Positions 15,001-27,000 of a stretch of 64,000 nucleotides of DNA are shown in pieces. The notes beneath the pieces are model-generated. The model was not told where the DNA came from. It was given only the letters and a program-made list of their open reading frames with translations, and searched no databases. Each line of letters starts with the position of its first letter. The first letter of the stretch is position 1. Both the position numbers and the translations under genes were made by a program. Source of the stretch: Diplonema japonicum (taxonomy: Eukaryota; Protista; Euglenozoa: Diplonemea); NCBI GenBank assembly GCA_964019335.1, contig OZ025690.1, positions 489,868 through 553,867 on the forward strand. Reading direction: 5' to 3'.

Positions 15001-18000
15001 GCACAGGTGTCTTGGTCGTATTTTCTAGGGCACGTAGAGCAGCTGTCCCCAGACCATTTATCCTGGCATTGGCACACGCATGCCGACTTAAATGTGTTGG
15101 CGCTAACTGACACCGCATGGCCACTGCAGTGAGCATCAGTCCCACACTCTGTGCAAACAGGATAGTTGATACGATCCCCATCACAAGCATCACAGTTGTA
15201 ACCAACAGCTCCCACCCACTTACAACCACTGGCAGAGCATGACGCTTCGTCACTCATCGAACCACACATGGCTTCACCCAAGCAAGCCCCACGTGTCGAA
15301 GATGTACGGTACTCCATGGCACACGTACTGCAGTCACTGCTCTGCCACTTATGCAAACAGGTGCACGAACACAAGTCGTCGACCACATTCACATCACTAG
15401 CCCTTGCAGAGCAGTGCGTGTGAACGGAACACAGCTCACACACTGGATAGCCCCTTCGCCCGTGTGCACAAACAGCACAGTCATCCCCACTATACTGTGC
15501 TGGGCAGGTCTGACACTGCGCACCAGTCCATTGGTTGCGGCAGGTGCACAAGCACTCACTGTTGTCAAGTGAAGACGTGACGGAAGTGGCATGGCCAGAG
15601 CAATGCGCATGCGTGCACTCCCCACAAACTGGCGGCACTCCTATGTAGCCGACAGCACACATGTCGCAATCATCTCCGGCATAAGCAATTGGGCATTCAG
15701 CACATGTTGGGCCTGCCCAAGAGTTGGAGCACTCGCAGACACAAGCCGTCTGAGAAGGGTTGGCACGTACGCTGCCAGCATGCCCGCTGCAGTGAACATC
15801 CTTTCGGCACATAACGCAAGAGGGATAAGTGATGCGCCCTGCTGCGCAAGCCATGCAGTCACGAACGGCATCGTACATGGCAGGGCATGCATCACACGTG
15901 CTGCCTGTCCACTGGTTGCGGCACGTGCAGCTGCAGCTGTCAATGGAGTCAAGTAAATCAATAGATCCGTGACCTGAGCAGTGAATGTCAGGGCGACACT
16001 GGTAGCACTGTGGGTAGTTGACGTAGCCACTTGCGCAAGACTGGCAGTCATCCTGTTCGCTGTACCTGGAGGGACACACGGCGCAGGCTTCACCTTCCCA
16101 TGGCAAGTCGCATGTGCAAACGCACGCAGTGCGGTCCTCGTTGGAGGCTGGGGCGCCACGGTTGTAGCAATCACCAGGTGTGCACTGCTTGCAGTCGGCA
16201 TCATAATCAGCATAGCCATCTGCGCATGCACCGCAGTCCATATCGGCATCAAAATTATCGGGACACATCTCACAGCTTTCACCTTCCCACTCGTTCGAGC
16301 ACTCGCACACGCACACTCCAAGGACAGCATGGACAGCCACTGCATTCCCAGAGCAGTCAGCTACAACATCACACATCCTGCACACATCGTATTCTATGTG
16401 TCCAGCAGCGCATGCACCGCAGTCCTCACTACTGTCGTATTGGACAGGACATTCATCACATTTGGCACCTGTCCACATGTTGCGGCACTTGCAGACACAT
16501 TCGCTGTGTTCGGTGTTGCTTGTTACGCTGAGTGCATTCCCGTTGCAGTCTTGTTCCACAGTACACTGGTGGGGAGCGTCAGGACACCCTACGTATCCTA
16601 CAGCGCAGCCGGTGCACATAGCATTGTACTCTGGGGGGCAGGACGAGCAGTCGCTGCCCTCCCAGTATCCCAAGCAGTAACACACACACGTTTTTTTGTC
16701 CTCGTCCGTTGTTACTGAAGCAGCGCGGCCGTTGCAATGAGTGCTTGATGCACATTGCACGCACAATGGGTATAGGATTCTGTCAACAGAGCATTCATTA
16801 CAGTCAGAACCACTGTACTGAGGAGGGCACGTGTCACACGGTGAAGCAGTGGTGGTCCACTGGTTTCTGCATTTGCATTCACATTGTGTGTGTGTATGGT
16901 CAGAAGTGATTCCTGAAGGAATAGCATGGTTACTGCAATCCTGCTGTCCGCACATCCGACAGGTAGGGTAGTTTACATAGTCGTCCGCGCACTCGTTACA
17001 CGTTGTCCCTGTGTATCCAGCAGAACATGTGCACAAGCAGGTTTCGTGTTCATCGTCGGACCAGGTCACATCTGCGTGTCCACTGCAATGAGCAACGACG
17101 TCGCACATTACACAGCCGGGCTTAATATAATTCGTGGAACAGCCCACACACCCTTCTTGAGTGTCATACTGCACTGGGCACTCAGAACATGTTTTACCGA
17201 AGAAGAAACCTGCGCACGTGCACACACATTTCTTCCTGTCAGGACTTGACGTCACACTACTAGAACGCTGTATCCCGCCACAGTGCTGTTCAATGGTGCA
17301 TTGCTTGCAGTCGGGGTATGTACCGTAATAGCCTACAGCACACACATTGCAGTCGCCGCCATACTGCGCTGGGCACGTGGAGCACTTGGGACCCACGTAC
17401 TGGTTCTTACACGTGCAGACGCACACGGTGTGCTGTGTGTCCGACGTTACTGACAAAGCCCGACCATTGCAGTGATCATCGCTACTGCACTCGCCACATT
17501 CTGGGAACGCCCCAACGTAGCCAACTTGGCACGCGTTGCACGCTTCGTTCGTGTCGAACCTGTGAGGACACACATCACAGGCACTACCAGTCCATTGGTT
17601 CATGCACTCGCACACACATGCTGTCTTAGCGTCATTAGACCACGTGGCTGTGGCATGCCCACTGCAGTGAACCTCTGTGGAGCAACTGGTACATGTCGGG
17701 AAGTTTATCCTGCCACTGACACACTCGCTGCAGTCATTGGTGTACTCCGCATTGCAGTCACCGCAGGTGACACCATGCCAGGAGTTCCTGCATTGACACA
17801 CACAATTCGTTGCATCATTGCTTGCTGTAACCGACGTTGCACCCCTTGAGCAGTGGGTGGCCAAGTTGCATTCTTCGCAGTTCGGCTTGATGTGATTGGC
17901 AGCACACTCCATGCACCCAGTCTGCTCGTAAATACGTGGACAGACGGAGCACATGTTGCCTTCCCAGTACGCACTGCATGCACAGACACATCTTGTGTGG

Positions 18001-21000
18001 TCGGTGTTGGCGGTAACCGCCACAGCATGGCCGCTGCAGTGTGTGGTGTTGCTACACGGAACATTGCAGGTGGCGCCAATAATACCCTCAGCACATGTGT
18101 TGCAATCACTGCCGCCATACTGAGGTGGGCAAGTATCGCAGTTGGTACCTGTCCAGTGGTTTACACATGAGCAAACACATGTCTGCCTCTGCGCATCACT
18201 TGTAACTGCTACAGCATGACCACTACAGTGATCTGTGATGGTGCAAGCAGAGCAAACAGGATACGCAATGAACCCTTCAGAACACTTGCTACACCTCGAC
18301 CCCGAGTAGTTAGCTTCGCAAGTGCATTTACACTCTTTACCATTGGATGCCGGGACCACCATGTCATAACTAGTGATGTGGACAATACCAAAGTCAGATG
18401 AAGCGGGTATTTCATGGCACGTGCTGTGCAGAGTGCACATCGGGATGGCACTCCAATCTGTACTCACGGACACACATTCCGCCTGTTTTTTGCAGGTGTC
18501 TACACATATTTGCGAGAACCCTATTCTCTGTACGGAAGACGGGGCAGTGAGGATCCTCAAGACACCTACACCAGGGCTGCACATCTTGTTGCTTGCAACA
18601 GCACCGCGGTCACGTTTCTTAGCAGCGTGTCCACTGCAGTGCGTGTCGGAGCTGCACACTACACAATTTGGTGCCACGCCCACGTACTTCTTGAAGGTAG
18701 CACATGTATCGCAGTCTCCTGTGTAACTAACATTGCACGAGGCACAAGTAGGACCTTCCCATGAGTTCCTGCAAGCACAGATGCAAGAACGCTGGCTACC
18801 ATCACTGGTGGCCGTGTCGGCGTGATTGTTGCAGTGGTCCAGTACGTTGCACATCGTGCACTGCGGGTAGTTGATGCGGTTTGCTGCGCACTTGTCACAG
18901 TTAATTCCTGCAAAGGGCAGCGGGCATTTATTGCACTGCCTACCTGACCAGTTCCCGTGGCATCTGCACTTGCATCGAGTGCCCGCACTATTTGACGACA
19001 CAGTACCCTGGTTGCTACAGAAAGAGGGAAGACATTGCGTGCAGGTGGGGTAGTTGATATGGCCTGTTTTGCATTTGTTGCAATCAAAGCCATCGTACTG
19101 CCCAGGGCACGTGTTGCAAGTGGCACCCGACCACTGGTTTCTGCAACTGCACACACATGCATCTTGAGCTGTTGTTGCATCCACACGATAAGCTCTGCCG
19201 TTACAGTGCACGTGCGTGTTGCACGCTGTGCAGGTGGGGTAGTTGATCCTTCCAGATGAGCAGCGACCACAATCTGCACATTCTTGGTAGATTGAAGGGC
19301 AGCGGCTACAAGTTGCACCTTCCCACTTGTTTCGACATGTGCACTCACATTGTTCTCCCGATGCATCTGACGTAACTTGTGTGGCGTGTCCCGTACAATC
19401 GCGTGTCAAGCTGCAGGCACGGCATATAGGCCACTTCACAAAGCCTATCTTGCACTGGTCACATGTGTCACCAGTGAAACCCGGACGGCAAGTGCATTCA
19501 CAGTAGTCACTGTTGCTATTTGGGGCAACTGCAGTGGCCCTCCTGTTGCAGTGCGTGTCGACCCCGCACAGAGTGCACGCCGGGAAGTTGATTCTCCCTG
19601 ATGAACACCTGTCACAGTCAGTGCCTGTGAACCTACTGGGGCACACTGAGCAAGAAGGCCCTGTCCATGCATTTTTACATCCGACACACTCACACTTCGT
19701 TACAGGAGTGCGTGAAGGATTTGCGATGCCGCATTCCTTAATGCCTCCATGGTTGGAGCAGTCATACGAAGTTGGCCTGCACGTGCCATCGGAACACATC
19801 CTTCGGTAGTTGCTCGGGCACCTCTCAATCCCACCGTGGGCAGAGCAGCAACCCCATGTGTGGATCCGTACGTCGCAGAAGGTGCCATCGAGACATTTCA
19901 CAACGTCGTCCTCTGCCGTGTGCATCAACCAGGCACATGGACCGCGTAGGTGCGAGCCACGTATACTTTGTGCTCTGTTGCTGCAGGAGCCAACATTGCT
20001 GCACAAAATACACCTCGGGTAGTCTAGCCTTCCTTCACCACAGGCGTTGCAGTCCCCGTTGTACTTTGGGTCACACACGCCACACCGAGAGCCTTCCCAT
20101 TGATGACGACAGGTACATATGCACACGTTGTTAGCACCCACTACTGCGGTTGCGTGGTTGTTGCAGTGATCTTCAACCGTGCATTTCTCACAGGCTGGAT
20201 ATCCAGGGGATCCCCCGTAAGTGGGGGCACAAGCAGCACAATCTTTTGTAGGATCGAACCTTCGTTCGCACAGCATGCAAGACCCCCTGCAATTGCCACA
20301 GCTCGCAGGGCACAAGTTTTTCACATAAGACCCTCTGGGGAGGCGTGGGTCAGTGTGATAATAGTCCGCTTCGCAGTTCGAAGTGACGATCTGTTGGCAC
20401 GTCAGCTGCCGTGCTGCAAGAGTACCTTCGGGGTCGTTGATGCACGTGCGCTGTGGTGCGGGGTGCGAAGACCACTGCTCTCTGCAATCACAAATACACC
20501 TGTCCCCATCACTGCGCACGGAGTCTGCATGGCCGCCGCAGTCTGTTTCCAAGTCACACAACCTGCAAGTGGGGTAGTCAACTCGTCCATCGGCACACTT
20601 ATTGCAGTCAGAGCCACCGAACCTCTTATGGCAGATGTTGCATTTTGGTCCGGACCACGAATTGCGGCACACGCAGCCGCACTCATTTGGATCACCAATG
20701 CACTGGCGGCAGGAGTGAGGGCATAAATCTCTCACTAGGACGTTCGGTAATGCTACTGAGATTACAGCATTCGCTCTGCTGGTGCAGCCAAGACGGCTAA
20801 CAGTGGAACAAACTAAACCGAGTACACCAAGCTTCCCCTCAGGATCATCTAAGCAAGGCACAGGTACAACGGCTTGCCCGTGTGTCGAGCAGTCGTGCCA
20901 CGCGTCGCACCTCTTACAGCACTTTGCTGCATTGTATTGAGGCCCGGTGCAGTACTTGTACCCCACACGCCCTACTCTGCATCGGTCGCACGAGGTACCA

Positions 21001-24000
21001 GTGAACTTCCATGGGCAATTCTGACAGTAAGTTCCAGTGAATTGATTGTCACACGTGCAGCTGCAGACCGCACCATCAGATGAGACTGTGACAGCACGTC
21101 CGTTACAACGAGCTTCCGAAGAACATATGTGGCAGTGTGGATAGTTCCACCTTTGCACGCCGGATTGGTCATAGCCGCAAGTATTGCAACTCGAGCCGGA
21201 GTACTTCTCAGGGCACACACTGCAGTCAGCACCTTGCCAGTTTCCTGTACAGCTACACACACAGTCTGAGCGAGCAGCATTAGGCCGGACGGATGTGGCC
21301 CTATTGTTGCAGTCTGCAAACATTGTACATGCCCTGCATGTAGGGTAGCGCACGTAGTTGTCGGCACATTTATTGCATGTCGCGCCCTTGAATCCGGGTC
21401 TGCAGTTGCACAGACATGCAGTACGTGTGAAGTCAGAAGTGACAGAAGAAGCATGGCTGTTACAATTGCCCTCGTTGGTACACTTCAAGCAGCCCGGGTA
21501 GCTTATGTAACCAGCGGCACATGTGTTGCAGTTACTCCCTGCTTTCGGGTGTGGACACGTGTTACACGAACTCCCTGACCAGCTGTTCTTACAAGTACAA
21601 ACACAGGCGGTCTTGTCGGCGTTGGGTGCCACGCTGATAGCATGGTCACTGCAGTGCTGCTTCACACTGCACTGCACGCAGCTGGGGTACCCAATAAAAC
21701 CATCGGCACATGATTCACAGATTGCCCCAGTGTAACCAGTGACACACTGGCACCCCTGTCGACAGATCCCTTTGCCGCTGCATACTAATCCTGCGGCATT
21801 CTTGTCACAAGTCTCTGTTTGGCACATATCACCTTTGTAGCCGTCCTCGCACATACATGTCCCTTCGGCCCACGAAGCGTAACTACCTAGTATCTGGAAA
21901 GCAACAATGGTGTCGTCGCCGCCACCGCACATTGCACCCATTCCGCACGGACTACCGCAAGACGAGGCTTGCAGCTGTGCCATCGGCAGTGTGTTTCCGC
22001 AGTAACACTCAGCATTCTTGCTGTTAATCGCAAAGTGGGTGAAGGCGCTCCTTCTGCAGGTATCATGACATTTTGCAGGTGTCGCCGTGCCACTAAGCAA
22101 AGCCACCTTCAGCCCCAGCGTGCCCCTGAAGCACCCGACTCTAGTAAATGACAATGCTGATGTTGCACTAAGGCCATCGCTGGATATCCTGGCGCGCTGT
22201 GTCTGCGTCAAAGGTGTTGACAGAAGCACTACATGCGACAATTTGTACTTCGTGGCATCTATCTCAAGCTCGTCAATAGCAGCTGTCTCCTTCAGCTCTG
22301 CAAACACAACATGCCAGCTGTTATCGGACAATGTCGGGCATGTGGGATGGGCTACTGTGTCTCTTCTCCCGCAGTCGAGGCAGTCAGTGCCCAGGGCGCA
22401 CCTTGCGGTATTAGACCTTGGCCCACCATCATCGCATGCGCTATTGCCCGACCAGGGGCACGTGTTTGTGCAGGGCTTTATGATTCGTGGGCCGCAGTCA
22501 GTGCAGTCGGTGCCATACTTGCATGCCCTATATCCCGACCCTGTACCTCCGTCGTCACATGTCCCGTCTCCCGCCCACCTGCTGTCGCCGCCTTCGCAAG
22601 TGTCTGAGCAGAGTTCGTTCGCAGACGGGGGGGACAACGTCAGCTCATTGGTGCCTTCATCAACATGGACAGATGCCCATGCACTTCCAGGTCGCCAGTC
22701 GCCCATGCTGAGGCCAGAGCTTGCTACTGACGTAGTTAGCATGTGACTCCTGCTGCACACGGTAGCAGGCACCTGAACACGCATCACAACAGTGCGAACG
22801 CGCAGTGTCTTTGGGGTACAAGAGACTTCGGGGAGACACTGTCGTAGCCCTCCGTAAGATGCCTCGCAGATAGACTGCGACACAGCGCAGATATGGTCTG
22901 AGTGGTGCCTGCTCGTGGGTAACGGTGACTTATCGTTGCACATGTACGGGTAGTCTGAGGAACATCTCTTTCTGCCCCCTTGATTGTGACAGCATGCCCA
23001 ACCTCTTCGCCTCGAGTCACAGGTGCTGCCATCATTACACTCCAGAACACCCCACTTTCCAGTATGAGTACTCCATGCACAAGATGCCGTCGGGGTGCCT
23101 GGACTTCCCAACTCGGAGCACTTCTCCACGATGAAGATCGACCGGAGGGACTGGCGGAGCCTCGTAAAGCAGCCGCCAAGATCCTGGTTACACCTCCTCG
23201 CAGAGTCTGTGCAAGAGCGCTGGTTTCTGGAAGAGCAAATAGAGCGACTCACCACACACAATGCCCCGCACCTGTAAGGGTGAGAAGAAGGGCATGCATT
23301 CGCAAAACACATCTGGCCTACAGCTTGGTAACCGCTCTTGCATGGTTGTATGCAGTATCGACGCGAGTACTGTATGTGACCTCTCCTGCACCTCCACGAC
23401 TTCCATGAAATTGACCTGTAGTACATAGTAGGCATGCATGCATCAGACATGCTGCACGGGCTGCAATCACCACCGCAATCAACACCTTTTTCGTTCCCAT
23501 TCTTGATCCCGTCGTGGCATGAACTGGGGCACTTTGGTGCCACAAGCTTCAACACGTTGCCAGTCACAGAAACCTGCGTAACCGACACTCTTCCTGCTTT
23601 TGGTTCTAACGGCCACTCGGGGCCTGCCGAGTTTCCCCACTGCAACAGTGCACCAGCTCTTGACTGCACTCGCCGGTTCACGTACCAACCCGCCGTGACA
23701 TCGACACCCTGCAATACTTTTGGCATGGGTGTGGATGAACGGGAGGGGGCTACGTCTGGCACCCACGAACACTTTACGTCGTTGTAGCATGGCTTTGGGA
23801 AGGTGTGTGCCGCACATCGCGACGCAGACACTGACCCCGCTGCAGGCGAGCACTTGCCAACAACACCATCATTACAAATGCCTTTCCCGTTGCAGGTCAC
23901 ACCCTTCCATTTAGGACAGGAGTTCTCACAAGCGTCACCGTAGTACCCATCGTCGCACGTGCATCTTCCCGACCCTCTGCTGCCATCGCTGCATGTGCCT

Positions 24001-27000
24001 CGCCCGCTGCACACACCGGTACCTGTTGCGTAGCCTGGGCATGTCTCTGTGCAGCGTGTGCCAGCGACACCACGGTAGCATTTACAAGACCCATCGCCAG
24101 TTATGCCCGAGTGACATGTCCCTTTATTGCAGTTAGGACAGTTGTTCTTGCACTCACTCCCATAGTAGCTTGACTGGCAGCCTTGGCATTTTTCACCAGT
24201 CCAATAGCCGTGTGAGCTACTCGAGCGGCATTTACAAAAGCCATCACCATTCACCCCATCGTTGCAAACTCCATGTTTCCCACACCGGCACACTCCACTG
24301 CAGTCTTCACTGTAATATCCTGTGGCACAAGTGCAGATGCCAATTTTGGTGTTTGAGGGGTTTGCCGTGTCGCACGATCCATGGCCGCTGCAGTCATTCT
24401 TGCACACGAAGTCATTATCATCCACACCTACGATGACCTCTCGTGCGTAGCCAGGGCACTGAAGGTTGGGCAACTGCAAGGTTTGCAAAATCCTCGTATT
24501 CCTTCGTGTACCCGTCACTTGTGTGTCATCGATGGCTCTGAAGCGTGAGTTTTTGGACTGCCCGGCGGTGCCATATACGACATCGCCTCCACCTGGTGCA
24601 TAGGAAGCCAATGCATCGAAGGAGTGCTTTAAGACAGCAGATGCTGAGGTTGCCCACGACCCTGTGATCTTGAATGGCACAGTAAAAGAATCGCCCTCCT
24701 GTACTACAAGGTTTGAAGTAGTTGTGGTTGTGCTGACAACTCTGAGCTGCATAGGGAATGAGTGCATGGACCCCGCCCTAACTATCAAGCTTCCCCGATA
24801 CGTACCCGGGCTGAGCAGAGATGGTATTTTGATAACTAAATTGACAGTAGTCTTGTATTTGCTGCCCTGCCTCACGACAGCCATGAAACCCTGCGGTGCA
24901 ATGTTCACAGCGTTGCTAGAGATCTTGTCGCTCCTGGAGGCCTGCAAGTCCGATATCTCAACAAGTCCTGAAAAGGGCGCGCCCTTCGAAAGGGTAGCCG
25001 TGATGGGTACATTACAGCCAGGTGCCCCAACAAACGTCCCGCTAGAGACCTCAGCCACGGAGCTGAAGTCAACAGCGATAGGGGCCGTAGGGGGTGCCCT
25101 GTTGACGGTGAAGGTTCTATGGACAGTTCTTGAAAAAGTAGAGTTGCCAGCACAGTCATGGGTACCGGAGGCTACGATCGTCGTCTGATATGTCCCCACT
25201 TGCGAGGTGTCTAGGTAGTACCCTCGGAACTCGCCTGGGCTCATGCCGTCCGAAAGCGTCACCGACGCAGTGCCTCCTTGTGGACGCGTAAGGGTGACCT
25301 CGACAGTAATTCCGGTAAGCTTTCTACCCGTAGTGATGTCCGTGACCGTGGCTGTGAAAGGGACAGGGTTCCCGAGGTTGTAGCTTTGTTGCAGTTGTAC
25401 TGTGAGGACCAAAGTGCTGACACCTGTGATGCGTGTTAATACGGATACAGCAGATGAGTGATATCCCACAGGGCTGATTCTGACACGGTACGCCCCTACT
25501 TTGTTGCCCTTCCCTATCGTGTATGTCCTGAACGGTCCTGAGGTGCCGTACGTCACAAGGTTGCTTGATGCGCTGCTGATAACAGCACCCCCAGGCACAT
25601 GCAGGTAGGTCTTATATTGGAAGGACGTCAGCCCATCACCCACCAAGATCCTCGCTTGTGTGGGAAGTGACCAGCTGTCTATGTTTATATCAGCCCACAC
25701 ATCATCATTCCTAATGGTGCCAGAGATGCGTGCCAGCTCCGACTCTCCCTTTACCTCTGTGAACAGGTCGTTGTAAATGTCACCCAGCTCAGACGCCGTT
25801 GCGGCGTACTTGAACATCCCACCAGTCCATGCTGCGATTAATGTGAGCTTTTCAGGATCCTGCGCACACCCCGAGCCGAGACACACGGTGTGGATTTTTA
25901 CGTGCTTCGCGGCTAGGTTTTCATCAATCCACCTTTTCCAATCCTCAAGCATCTGGCTCTCCGTGCGTCTGGGATTCCAGGACTCTATGCCGTCTGTCAT
26001 CACCACCATCACCTGCGGCCTATTGCCAGAAGCAGCTTTTAGCTTCTCCCACATTCTCTTTACACCCGCAAGGATATTGGTACCACCGCTGGCGGGTATG
26101 TTGATCTTATTCCTGAGCGTGTTACGGTTGTTGTCCATGATCTCCGTCAACTCGATCGAGTTATGTGCATAGCTGCTGAACATCACCAGTGCGATGTGGT
26201 CTCCGTTTCTCGACTGGTCCACGACGCGCCGTGCATACTCTGTCCGCATGTTCTTCCTGTCGTTCCAAGACATGGATCCTGACCTGTCAAGCACGAGGCC
26301 GATGTCCAAACGTGTCTCACGCTCTTGAGAGTAGTGCACAGAGACCGTCATGTCTGTCACCATTGCCAGTATGTTACACCCTCTCGCGAGCCACACCGAC
26401 AGAGGGTACGTGCCACCCGACGGTTGGGGCGGGGTCGCAATGGTGAGCACGTAGCTCTCGCTTGCCTCTTCGTAACCCAAGGTGAATGACACAAACTTAC
26501 TGCCAACGGCCACTGCAAGGTCCTCGTGCCTGATGCCCAAGGCCGTGCTGCCGTCCACCGTCACCTTCACCGTTGCCAACAGCGAGGGCAGAGGCTGCTC
26601 GTGACTACCAGCGAAGAAGGGACTCGATGCCAAGGGCGACAAGATCTTCACAGCAACATCTCCTGATACAAACAAGGGCATTTTCTTGCTGAACTCCGTC
26701 AAGCCCTGCAGCCCAGCGCGCGACCAGAAAGCACTGATGTACATGTAGTAAATACCTCCACTCGCTCCTGGTAGTGTGAAAGATGAGGTAAGTGTCTTGG
26801 CCTCTCCTTCCGCAAAGGACAGGGCCCCGTTGCCAAGGTTCAGATTAGACTGCAGAGTGACCCCTTGCATTATGATGCTAGTCAGGCCTGTGACTGTGAC
26901 AGGGTAGGGGTTGGTATTAGTGATCTTTAAAGTGATCTGTACATTTTCCCCTGCGGCGTATTGCTGCTTCGAAGTTTGAGGACACAACGACACCGTGGGT

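Larger units (their letters stand above)
1640..21880 (-). repeat. Array of ~63-aa, 10-Cys EGF/laminin-EGF-like coding repeats (about 90-100 units, estimated from ~190-bp spacing)
   Basis: Recurring pattern CTxxxHCxGHA..V.SD..CxCxCxNxWxGxxCxxCPxxY..DCxxCxxGYxxYPxC. The HC-x-G-H anchors fall near 3841, 4023, 4216, 4416, 4606, 4789 and 4976. Confidence 0.88.
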
